Source: Gammaproteobacteria bacterium
Lineage (GTDB): Bacteria > Pseudomonadota > Gammaproteobacteria > UBA4575
Assembly: GCA_965221955.1 (NCBI GenBank)
Contig: CBDCTA010000022.1
Span: forward strand, 256,001 to 320,000
Direction: 5' to 3'
DNA length: 64,000 bases
A model generated the notes under the pieces. That model worked only from the letters and a program-made list of their open reading frames with translations, was not told where the DNA came from and ran no database searches. Below, one piece after another: positions 18,682 through 27,321 of the stretch (positions are counted from its first letter, which is position 1; the number at the start of each line of letters is the position of its first letter). Position numbers and translations under genes: made by a program.

Positions 18682-20049
18682 ATGTCTGAAGCCAGACCTA
18701 TTGTTATCATTGAGTGCTATGGCAGTGGCGTGCGGATCTGTGATGGCGAAAACATTCTTACCGACAGCACAAGCTATGCGTTAATTGAAGCCGATAATAC
18801 AATTATTGTAGGAGAGCTTGCTGAACACCAAGCACACCTTCGACCGCGAGAAGTAAGCACTCAGTTCTGGGCCAACCTCTCTGCTAGTAGCACTACCAAA
18901 CATATTGTCAGTAATGCTGAGCTCGCCCTATATCACTTACAACATGCCTGGCAATCTGCAAATTGTTCAAATCACGATGTTATTTTTATTACGCCTGCAA
19001 ATTTTGATAAGCATCAATTAGGTTTGTTGCTTGGTATTTGTGAAAAACTCTCTATCCATGTCGCAGGCATCGTATGTAATGCAGCTCTTGTTTTGCGAAA
19101 TCCACTTCGAAACAGTAAAGCTATTTATTTGGATTTACTCCTACAGCAACTGGTGATTACTGAATTGAATCATACCGATTCTGGTGTAGAGATTATTCAG
19201 CCGAGCCGGATTTTTGATTATGGTATACAAAATTTTATACAGAATTGTGCCAAAACCATTGCAAGCGAATTTGTAAATAAAACTCGCTTTGACCCTTTGC
19301 ATACTGCACAAGATGAGCAACAGTTTTTTGATCAACTACCTTCTTGGTTGATGCAATTGAAAACCAATGAAGTAATTGAGTGCCGTCTTTCTGTAGAGGG
19401 AAAGCATTTTGCGATAGAAATAAATCAACAGCAGCTACAAAAAGCTAATCAAGTACTATTTGAAGAAGTCGCAGCCTACCTCAATGTGCTTTTTCACGAT
19501 CATGACACATTGGCTATCTATTGCTCAGCTAGCTGCAATAAAATTTATGCTTTACATGAGTTTTTGTCGGCATTGCCTGGTTGCGCTGTGATACAGATGA
19601 ATGCAATGGATATTGCTCAACACGCTTTGCACAGCAAGAATGAAATTATTCGTGAAGGTCAAGTCCATTACATTACACGCTTAACTTGGTCAGACAAATC
19701 AATTACAGAATCCTTAAACTTTAATCCTGGAAAATTATCTAATATTTCGAGTATCCCTACACATGTGTTGATTGGTGGGCATGCTTATTCTCTACAACAA
19801 GAAATTTATATCGCAAGCAATGACTCTTCTACGGATCCAATCATCTTGTTAGAAAATCGATCTGATTGCTTGTGCAAAATTTCTAGTAATAACGTGAGTG
19901 TAGATATAGAAGTATTAAATGCTAAGTCGATTATGATCAATCATAATAAGGTTTCTGTTATGACTAGCGCAAAAATAGGGGACATACTAAGCATCCAAAC
20001 TAGTGAATCATCGTGCGAATTTATAAAAGTGGTGCAACATGAAGCGTAG
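18682..20049 (+). CDS. Degenerate Hsp70/actin-like ATPase-fold protein with possible C-terminal FHA-like domain
   Basis: Colinear with the DnaK nucleotide-binding domain: IVGELAEHQAHLRP (LVG.PAKRQAVTNP), FITPANFDKHQ (VITVPAYFNDAQ), IYLDL (VYDLGGG), FVNKTRFDP (FKKDQGIDL). Catalytic motifs are not conserved. Confidence 0.65.
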   Translation: MSEARPIVIIECYGSGVRICDGENILTDSTSYALIEADNTIIVGELAEHQAHLRPREVSTQFWANLSASSTTKHIVSNAELALYHLQHAWQSANCSNHDVIFITPANFDKHQLGLLLGICEKLSIHVAGIVCNAALVLRNPLRNSKAIYLDLLLQQLVITELNHTDSGVEIIQPSRIFDYGIQNFIQNCAKTIASEFVNKTRFDPLHTAQDEQQFFDQLPSWLMQLKTNEVIECRLSVEGKHFAIEINQQQLQKANQVLFEEVAAYLNVLFHDHDTLAIYCSASCNKIYALHEFLSALPGCAVIQMNAMDIAQHALHSKNEIIREGQVHYITRLTWSDKSITESLNFNPGKLSNISSIPTHVLIGGHAYSLQQEIYIASNDSSTDPIILLENRSDCLCKISSNNVSVDIEVLNAKSIMINHNKVSVMTSAKIGDILSIQTSESSCEFIKVVQHEA

Positions 20050-21127
20050 ATCTGTTAACGCTTTTAATCTTGCGTTTTTAGACGTCATGTTTTGTGGTTT
20101 TGGTGCAGTGATTTTATTCTTTATGATTATTAACGCTAACACCAGCGAAAGAAGAGATCGAATTAATTATGAAGTCACTGGTGAAGTTAGTAAGCTGGAT
20201 GAAGAGGTAATTGATGCAAATAAATTATTAGTAGAATTGAAAAACTCCCTGCAAGAAGTAGATACGGAGTTGATTGAAACACAAGGCAAATCGCATGAAA
20301 TTATTGAAAGCATCAAGAAAAACAAACTACAGCTTGCCAGGCTAGACAAAGAAACACTCGCAAAACTCAAAAATATTGCTGAATTAAAAGCTGATCTAAA
20401 ATCACTGGAAGAAGCCAATCAACGATTAGAAGGGGGAGCTCAGAAAGAATTAGAAGGCGATCGACTGAGACAATTTGCCGGTCAAGGTCAACGCCAGTAC
20501 TTAACTGGTCTGAAGATGGGAGGCGAAAGAATACTGATTCTTGTAGATACTTCTGCCAGCATGTTAGCGGATAGGATTATAAACGTGCTGCGCTTTCGCA
20601 ATTTACCTGCGAATGAACGGGTGCGTGCCGCTAAATGGCAACAAGTACTTTATACAGTAGATTGGATTACTACACGTATTCCGACTTCGAGCAGTTTCCA
20701 AATCTACAGATTTAATGAAGGGGTTACTCCTACCTATAAAGTAGAAGGCACGGCATGGCTAGATGGTGGAAATGCTAAGCACTTAAACACTGCTGTGCAG
20801 AATATGTTTCAAACCGCGCCAGAGAAAGGCACTAACCTTTATAAAGCTTTCGAAAGTATAGAACAGCTTTCGCCACCTCCTGATAATATCTATTTGCTCA
20901 CGGATGGTTTACCTACTAAAGGTGCTTCTGCAAGTTTTGGTAACACAGTCAGTGCCAAACAACGTAAAAAACTATATTCCAAAGCCTTACAAAAATTACC
21001 TGGTGGAATACCGGTAAATATTATTCTATTTCATATGGAAGGTGACCCGATGGCTGCAAGCGAATTTTGGAAACTCGCGCAAAATACTAATGGTGCTTTT
21101 TTTAGTCCTTCTAGAGATTGGCCTTAA
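20039..21127 (+). CDS. ExbD/TolR-like anchor + coiled coil + vWA domain protein (1)
   Basis: NAFNLAFLDVMFCGFGAVILFFMII TM with Asp; heptad region; MIDAS motifs LVDTSASM, TNL, LLTDG. Confidence 0.85.
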   Translation: MKRRSVNAFNLAFLDVMFCGFGAVILFFMIINANTSERRDRINYEVTGEVSKLDEEVIDANKLLVELKNSLQEVDTELIETQGKSHEIIESIKKNKLQLARLDKETLAKLKNIAELKADLKSLEEANQRLEGGAQKELEGDRLRQFAGQGQRQYLTGLKMGGERILILVDTSASMLADRIINVLRFRNLPANERVRAAKWQQVLYTVDWITTRIPTSSSFQIYRFNEGVTPTYKVEGTAWLDGGNAKHLNTAVQNMFQTAPEKGTNLYKAFESIEQLSPPPDNIYLLTDGLPTKGASASFGNTVSAKQRKKLYSKALQKLPGGIPVNIILFHMEGDPMAASEFWKLAQNTNGAFFSPSRDWP

Positions 21128-21143
21128 TATAGCTTGTTAAGTA

Positions 21144-22151
21144 ATGAAACGACGTCGAAATATAGAAATTTTTAGTCTCTCATTTTTAGACTGTGTGTGT
21201 TGTGGGTTTGGCGCACTTATTTTATTACTCGTACTTTCTAAAACGGCTGAACCAGTCATCTTCGAAGAATATACACAAAGTTTAGAAAACATTGTTGCGA
21301 AACTACAAGAAGAGTTATTTGAGATAAGAGGTGAAACGCATATCTTAAATCGCGAATTGGTTAGTAAGAAGCAACAGGTTTCTGAAGAAATTGAAAAGAT
21401 CGCAGTACTGCAAAACGATTTATCTTCCATATTAGGACAATTTGCTGCTTCAAAAGATACTTCAAGTGTGCAAAATAAAATCGAGCAACAGCTCGCTTCC
21501 GCCAAACAAGATTTAAGTGAAGAAATGAGGCGTTTACAAGAACAACAACGATTACCCAGAACTGAATTGGACAATACCGTTGGTGGAATTCCTGTAGATA
21601 GTGAATATATTATTTTTATTATTGATACATCCGGCAGTATGTTTAACCATGGCTGGAGTTCTGTCATACAAAAACTTTCAGAAGTGCTAGATATCTACCC
21701 TAAAGTAAAAGGCATTCAAGTAATGAATGATATGGGTGAATATATGTTTACCCAATATACGGGTAAGTGGATTCCCGACACACCGGCTAGACGTAAGGCA
21801 ATAATCAAACGTATGCGCAAGTGGCAAGCATTCAGTAACAGTAGTCCAGTAGAGGGCATCACTGCTGCAATTAACACCTTCTACTCAAAAAATAAAAAAA
21901 TCAGTTTATATGTGTTTGGTGATGAATTTACTGGACCATCCATTCAGTCTGTCTTACGTGAAGTAAGCCGATTAAATCCAAAAAACAGTAAAGGTAAACG
22001 TCGTGTGCGCATCCATGCTGTAGGCTTTCCAATTCAGTTCAGTCGTCCTGATGATGAGCAAGGCACAGGGGTACGATTTGCAACCTTAATGCGTGCCTTA
22101 TGTGAACAAAACGGTGGCACTTTCGTTGGCCTCAACTCGCATACGCGATAA
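21144..22151 (+). CDS. ExbD/TolR-like anchor + coiled coil + vWA domain protein (2)
   Basis: EIFSLSFLDCVCCGFGALILLLVL TM with Asp; heptad region; IIDTSGSM and YVFGDE motifs. Confidence 0.85.
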   Translation: MKRRRNIEIFSLSFLDCVCCGFGALILLLVLSKTAEPVIFEEYTQSLENIVAKLQEELFEIRGETHILNRELVSKKQQVSEEIEKIAVLQNDLSSILGQFAASKDTSSVQNKIEQQLASAKQDLSEEMRRLQEQQRLPRTELDNTVGGIPVDSEYIIFIIDTSGSMFNHGWSSVIQKLSEVLDIYPKVKGIQVMNDMGEYMFTQYTGKWIPDTPARRKAIIKRMRKWQAFSNSSPVEGITAAINTFYSKNKKISLYVFGDEFTGPSIQSVLREVSRLNPKNSKGKRRVRIHAVGFPIQFSRPDDEQGTGVRFATLMRALCEQNGGTFVGLNSHTR

Positions 22152-22366
22152 TTAATATCCTCTATTTAAGCCGCTGATTGGCATGATTAATACCCCTTGC
22201 CTAGTAGTCTGTAAAAAGTTATCGCATACTGTGCTTAACTAACTGAATAAGATAGACTTTTAAATAAATCTTTAACCCGTGCACATATATACATCTAGCG
22301 CACTTTGTCGCGAGAAAACTACCGCTTATGGCTTCGATATAGGCCTACATCTTTAAGGAGCTCAAA

Positions 22367-22936
22367 ATGTCATTCTCTAATTTACATACAACATCCAAAT
22401 ACTGTTTTTTGAAGGATTTATTTAAGTACGTCTTAATATCGATTACTTACTGCTTAGTGTTAAACGCATGTGGAGGTAATAAAGAAGAAACGCCAGTCGA
22501 AAAAAAGGAAGTTACAGAAACTGTCGTTCCTGAAAGTACTAAAGCCACTTCAAATGATATTGCTACTGAAGTTCAAATGAATCGAGAAAAATGGATGTCG
22601 CATGAAATTAGTGGTTACCAAATAGAGATGCAGAAAATCTGTTATTGCGTACCGGAAGTGGTTCGTATGATGGTTTTTGAGGTGGAAGGTGACGAGGTCA
22701 CTGCAGTTCGTTATGCAGATACAGGTGAAGATGTTGATCCACAACACTATGGTGACTTTAATACTATTGAAGGAATGTTTTCGTTTGTAGAAAAAGCGAT
22801 AGAAAAAGATCCGGCCGACCTATCCATCGCTTACGATGAAAAATATGGTTATATCAAAGAATTAAGTATCGACTTTAAAGAAAACATTGCTGACGACGAG
22901 ATTTCGATCATTGCCTCCAATATGAGGCCGAATTAA
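22367..22936 (+). CDS. Lipoprotein, DUF6174-like
   Basis: RBS aaggag; lipobox LNAC; KW...I..Y....Q..CYC, TIEGMF, YDEKYGY, IADDE motifs. Confidence 0.7.
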   Translation: MSFSNLHTTSKYCFLKDLFKYVLISITYCLVLNACGGNKEETPVEKKEVTETVVPESTKATSNDIATEVQMNREKWMSHEISGYQIEMQKICYCVPEVVRMMVFEVEGDEVTAVRYADTGEDVDPQHYGDFNTIEGMFSFVEKAIEKDPADLSIAYDEKYGYIKELSIDFKENIADDEISIIASNMRPN

Positions 22937-22949
22937 CAATACAACTGAG

Positions 22950-24989
22950 TTGGACTTGTGTATGAAAAGAATTTTTTTGTATTTCACTTTTATATCTTTA
23001 TTTACTTTCACATGTTCAGCTTTTTCAAATCAAACGCTGCCTGTTGTAATTAATGGAGAAAGCTACCAAGTAGAATACTGGACCAGCTACTTTGCTAAAG
23101 AGCTAGACATTAATTACATGGATAGTGATGTTACTGATAAAATAGACATTCAATTTTATCGCGGAAAAATTGTTGGGCACCCTGATTCTTTAGTAACACT
23201 TTCTAAATTTAAAGATTCCTTAAAAGGTATGGCCTTTTTCTACGGTGAATACTTTGAGATTGATGGCTCTATGTCCAGTATGGAGAATCAATCTAACACT
23301 GCCATGCAAAGTGCAAAAGTTGAGCTAGCGGACCTAGCAGATAAAGCTGCACGTGAAATGTGTCCCATACACACGAAAGAACATCATGATATGGAAATGG
23401 CTGCTAGAGCAACTATGTCTGTAAATACCGGTGGTGCACCACCCGTAGCTTTTGCTGTCGGTACAGTGAACCTTGTAGCAGATGTTGCCTTAGCTTTAGA
23501 CCCTGAATATGTACTCGTTCATGGTGGGGAGACCAACGCTGTAGTCAAAGCCCTACAAACTCTTGATACTGCAGACATGCTCTATCGGCAATCTAAACCT
23601 GCGATGGGTGCAGGTGGATTAGGTGTTGCATTGAATAATGTAAATATCAATGTCTACACTAATGCGTTACCGTTTAATGTTGCAGACATAATTGATCCTA
23701 ACCCCAATCTTGCGAACGGCAATCGACCAGAAATTGACGCATCGGCTTATCTAGACAGAATTCGACTAAATGTCACTGCGCTATTTGGCAACGCACGAAC
23801 GGTTGGTGCTATGTTTAGCGGCTATGACTTAGATGACACAATTGTTGGCGATGGCGTTGCTGGACTCGCTTATCTAACAAGTACCTGTAGTAACTTTGGT
23901 GTAAGTGTAGAAGAGGGTTGGGGTACCGATGCAGAGTCAACCATCATTGCTGCACATGAAATCGCACACAACTTTGGTTCTTGTCATGATGGTGACGGCA
24001 TACTCGATGCCGCAAATAATATTTGTCCAATTTCCTCTGTCGGTTGTGCTGCAAATGGTGGATACATTATGGGGCCTTTTGTGAATGCTGCAGCAACACA
24101 ATTTTCACAATGCTCCATTGCTAATATTGATTCACATATTGCTACACAGACTTGTTATAAAACGCCAATTGATATGCAAATTAGTCTGGCCTCTGCAGTA
24201 CCTGCTGTCGCAAATATGCTCAATCAAACGGGTTCTGCTGTACGCACCTTTAACGTCAGCAATATGTCTACAGAAATTTTGATAAATATTCCTATTTCTG
24301 GTTCTTTAGAAAATGTGAATGATCCAAACAACCCCAATACAGAATATACGACTGTTACCTTGCAAGGGAACAATTGCAACATTGCTGCGAATCGCCAATC
24401 TTATACTTGCACAATCGCGAATATCGGGGCCAATAATGCAGACGTACAAACCATAGTTGAGACGATAACGGCGACGGGTACCGGTCCTTTCAAAACTACG
24501 ACTGAATACAGAAACGTCGCTGCAGCACAGCAAGTTGATATTGAACCGCAAAATAGTATTGTCGAATTAACACAAACCATTAACGTGAATGCTCCAGTGG
24601 CCCCACCTGCGGCGCCAAGCAATGTGCAAGCTAGTCCACAAAATAATGGTGATATACGCGTGAGCTGGACAGACAACAGTAATAATGAAGCTGCATTTAG
24701 ACTTGAGCGAAGTGAAGACACGGTTGTGTATAACATCATTCAAAATAACCTTCCTGCAAACACCACAAGTTACACAGATAGTGGGCTTACTGAAGGGACT
24801 ACTTATACCTATCGAGTCTCTGCAATTAACGCAATGGGTGCAGTAGCTGCAGCAACAACACCAAGTGCGACTTCTTCAACCAGTGTTGCTACTGTTGGTG
24901 GAGATAGTGGTGGCGGAGGAGGCGGTGGTGGCTTCTATTTATTCACAGGTTTATTACTATTAGCGAGATTATTTAAACGCCCTTGCTAA
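22950..24989 (+). CDS. Secreted reprolysin-like (M12B) zinc metalloprotease with FN3 domain and GlyGly-CTERM anchor
   Basis: HEIAHNFGSCHD metzincin motif, YIMGP Met-turn, FSQCS, FN3 (VSWTDNSNNE...YTYRVSAIN), C-terminal GGGGGGGG-hydrophobic-RLFKR. True start may be the ATG a few codons in. Confidence 0.88.
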   Translation: MDLCMKRIFLYFTFISLFTFTCSAFSNQTLPVVINGESYQVEYWTSYFAKELDINYMDSDVTDKIDIQFYRGKIVGHPDSLVTLSKFKDSLKGMAFFYGEYFEIDGSMSSMENQSNTAMQSAKVELADLADKAAREMCPIHTKEHHDMEMAARATMSVNTGGAPPVAFAVGTVNLVADVALALDPEYVLVHGGETNAVVKALQTLDTADMLYRQSKPAMGAGGLGVALNNVNINVYTNALPFNVADIIDPNPNLANGNRPEIDASAYLDRIRLNVTALFGNARTVGAMFSGYDLDDTIVGDGVAGLAYLTSTCSNFGVSVEEGWGTDAESTIIAAHEIAHNFGSCHDGDGILDAANNICPISSVGCAANGGYIMGPFVNAAATQFSQCSIANIDSHIATQTCYKTPIDMQISLASAVPAVANMLNQTGSAVRTFNVSNMSTEILINIPISGSLENVNDPNNPNTEYTTVTLQGNNCNIAANRQSYTCTIANIGANNADVQTIVETITATGTGPFKTTTEYRNVAAAQQVDIEPQNSIVELTQTINVNAPVAPPAAPSNVQASPQNNGDIRVSWTDNSNNEAAFRLERSEDTVVYNIIQNNLPANTTSYTDSGLTEGTTYTYRVSAINAMGAVAAATTPSATSSTSVATVGGDSGGGGGGGGFYLFTGLLLLARLFKRPC

Positions 24990-25109
24990 TTTATTATTAA
25001 CTCGAAGCATCTTTATTAACGGAGAAATATTTATATTTAGAAAATACATATAACTATTTACCTATTTATACCTCGTAGTATTTGTAGATTTTCTTTGAAA
25101 GGACTCAAT

Positions 25110-25337
25110 ATGAAATCGATCGCTATACTTATCTTTATATTCTTAACAAGTATTTGTTTTGCCTCTGAGAGTGAAGAACAAATAACACCCATCTTAGCTG
25201 AACCCATAGAAATCGTTTTAGTTTGCCCTAAAGGCAGTAAATACGAAGGCGAAGAACTGCCTAAATGGGTCACTACCGAAGAAGCTGCAGAATTCTTTTG
25301 TAACGACACCGTAGAAGAAACAGAAATTGCTGAATGA
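25110..25337 (+). CDS. Small exported protein with two Cys
   Basis: aaaggactc RBS before ATG 25110; signal peptide MKSIAILIFIFLTSICFA. Confidence 0.6.
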   Translation: MKSIAILIFIFLTSICFASESEEQITPILAEPIEIVLVCPKGSKYEGEELPKWVTTEEAAEFFCNDTVEETEIAE

Positions 25338-25339
25338 TT

Positions 25340-25385
25340 GAGCATAGGGATATGCGAATAAGAGTCGCGTCTTGGATGACGCGAA
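25340..25385 (+). repeat. Twin GGA-loop hairpin repeat, copy 1
   Basis: GAGCATAGGGATATGCGAATAAGAGTCGCGTCTTGGATGACGCGAA; 36/46 identical to the reverse complement of 26827-26872. Confidence 0.8.
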
Positions 25386-25453
25386 CAGCTTAAGGTTAGG
25401 TTATTTTAAAATTTCTGTTGGCCAATAGCGGTTATTCATTTGGATGGGAATAA

Positions 25454-25843
25454 TTAATCGAAATCCAAGCTCTCTAAAATTCTATCCAACTCATCAGATT
25501 GGCTATCTGCTTTGGTACTTTCAGCCCTTTGCCATGCGAGGGCTTCCTGGCGTTTTTGCTCAATGTAATTGTCATTACAAACGAGGATGTATTGTTTTAA
25601 TTCCTCTAATAAATTTGGAATATCATTTATATCTCTGACCCATGTCTCAACATACTTCCCTTCATCCGCATTTATTTTTGCATTATGTTTATTTTTGGAA
25701 AATATTAAATTGAGGTCTGCACACCAATCTTTAGGTGCGTTTTCATTTAGTTCAAAAATTACATCTACGTATTTTTTGCTCTTAAGATTTGGCTTACGAT
25801 TTGGGTCAAGCCCTTTTATCTTCAGATTACTGATATTACTCAA
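25454..25843 (-). CDS. Hypothetical protein
   Basis: 129-aa ORF with natural composition and C-terminal helix; no family recognised. Confidence 0.65.
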   Translation of the reverse strand: MSNISNLKIKGLDPNRKPNLKSKKYVDVIFELNENAPKDWCADLNLIFSKNKHNAKINADEGKYVETWVRDINDIPNLLEELKQYILVCNDNYIEQKRQEALAWQRAESTKADSQSDELDRILESLDFD

Positions 25844-25881
25844 GATAATTCTCTAATACATGAGTATAAATTGAGTTTTAA

Positions 25882-26029
25882 TCATTTGCGCTTAATATCA
25901 ATTTTGGCAAAGTTCATTGTACAAAAATCTTTGAGATTGTCATATTTATGACCTTTGTAGAGATATACTGTTTTTTGCTGTGAAGTAATTCCCATATTTT
26001 TCCATGAGCTTATTTTCTTCTTCTGTCAT
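25882..26029 (-). pseudogene. Frameshifted small hypothetical protein
   Basis: RBS aggatc then MTEEENKLMEKYG / one extra base / ITSQQKTVYLYKGHKYDNLKDFCTMNFAKIDIKRK*. Confidence 0.45.
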
Positions 26030-26109
26030 AAGATCCTGCCTATCAGCTTATAAATGATCTCGAGCGATATAACAAGATCGCTCGAGTAACCTTGGTCCAA
26101 CTCCTAGAA

Positions 26110-26375
26110 TTAAAATCGAGAAGAATTTCGTTGAGGCTTTTCATTTGATTCATTGACGCGAAGACTTCTATTGTCAATCATGTGGCCACTGAATTTCTTG
26201 ATGGCCTGTTGTCCCGCATCTTTTGTCATTTCAACAAACCCGAAGCCTTTAGATCGACCAGAATCTCTATCGGTAATGATTGTGGCACCTGCATGACTTC
26301 ACCCACTTCACTAAACAGTTTATTCAAATCAGCATCGGTAATGCTCCAAGGTAAGTTACCTACATATAGTTTCAT
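26110..26375 (-). pseudogene. RRM (RNP-1) RNA-binding protein, frameshifted
   Basis: RBS aaggac; MKLYVGNLPWSITDADLNKLFSEVGEV (RNP2), frameshift near 26293, then AGATIITDRDSGRSKGFGFVEM (RNP1)...RSLRVNESNEKPQRNSSRF*. Length 266 nt, not a multiple of 3. Confidence 0.88.
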
Positions 26376-26647
26376 AATTTATGTCCTTGCTCGATGATTC
26401 GAGCTTTGTGTGCGCAATCCTGGTGTTCAATCTATTTGCACAAGTTTAAAGTGCTCTTCTGACACTGTGTCAGAAGAATCAAGTATTAGAAATGATTGCC
26501 GAAGACTGGCTGAGAAATGAAACTCTGGAAGAATATCGGGATAGGAATATCTAATCTAAGATCACCCTACGCTTTATTGAACAGAATAGCTATGTTTATT
26601 GTGAATGATGTGGCACCAGCAGGATCGAATAAGTATGGTAAACAACA

Positions 26648-26715
26648 CAAGCAATGTTCAAGCTAGTCCACAAAGTAATGGAGATATACGAGTGCGCTGG
26701 ACAGACAACAGTAAT
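26648..26715 (+). repeat. Direct repeat of the protease FN3-coding segment 24616-24683 (gene relic)
   Basis: 63/68 nt identical; three of the five differences are synonymous in the protease frame. Confidence 0.9.
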
Positions 26716-26826
26716 TAATGACTGCTTCAACCACCAGGGATGGTGGAAGCAATCATTTTATAAATCTGATTTGAAATTCCCAACCCGTTCATTCATTTTA
26801 GTTCAACTGGCTCTAATTTTAATCAA

Positions 26827-26872
26827 TTCGCATCATCCATGATGCGTCTCATATTCGTACATCCATGTACTC
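26827..26872 (-). repeat. Twin GGA-loop hairpin repeat, copy 2
   Basis: Minus strand GAGTACATGGATGTACGAATATGAGACGCATCATGGATGATGCGAA. Confidence 0.8.
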
Positions 26873-26974
26873 ACCTAAAATAAATCAGTGCGTTAGCTCT
26901 CTTTATGCAAAGCTTAATAGTTAACTATAAAATACTCATGATAATAATTATAAAACATACACTCAGGAGGAGTT

Positions 26975-27295
26975 ATGAAAAGACTATTATTTGTAGTGTT
27001 TTTTTTACTATTCGCAAATGGATGTGCTTCAAGAGCTAATCTTGAATGGAATTTAAGCTCATGGATTGGTCATGATGTAAACGGATTAGTTCACCACTGG
27101 GGAACACCCTCTGATATCAACAAACTTCCAAATGGTAATGTTATGTACTCATGGATGTTTAATGAAGGTTTAGCAAGTACGCCAATCGATGGCACGATCG
27201 GTACCCAATCAAAATTTTGTAAAATTTCTGTGGCAACTTCTACTGAACATTTAGTCCAATCGTGGCAATTAGAAGGTAATAACTGTAAAGCATAG
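26975..27295 (+). CDS. Small lipoprotein
   Basis: Strong RBS aggaggag, lipobox ANGC, SWIG...L...WG.P motif, two further Cys. Confidence 0.8.
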   Translation: MKRLLFVVFFLLFANGCASRANLEWNLSSWIGHDVNGLVHHWGTPSDINKLPNGNVMYSWMFNEGLASTPIDGTIGTQSKFCKISVATSTEHLVQSWQLEGNNCKA

Positions 27296-27321
27296 TGATA
27301 ATCATGAAATTACTTTCAGAG

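Noticed and set aside
17873-22151. Zorya (ZorAB), flagellar MotAB or Ton/Tol assignment for the channel operon
   Set aside because: The B-like subunits carry vWA, not OmpA-like peptidoglycan-binding or ExbD domains; the channel lacks a long ZorA tail; no ZorC/D/E, TonB, TolA/B, Pal or receptor genes are adjacent.
26182-26397. 71-aa + strand ORF
   Set aside because: It is the antisense shadow of the frameshifted RRM gene.
26648-26715. DGR template/variable repeat pair with 24616-24683
   Set aside because: Differences are not confined to adenines of one copy and are mostly synonymous; no RT nearby.
26654-26842. 62-aa + strand ORF
   Set aside because: Out-of-frame reading of the FN3 relic running into the hairpin repeat; no RBS.
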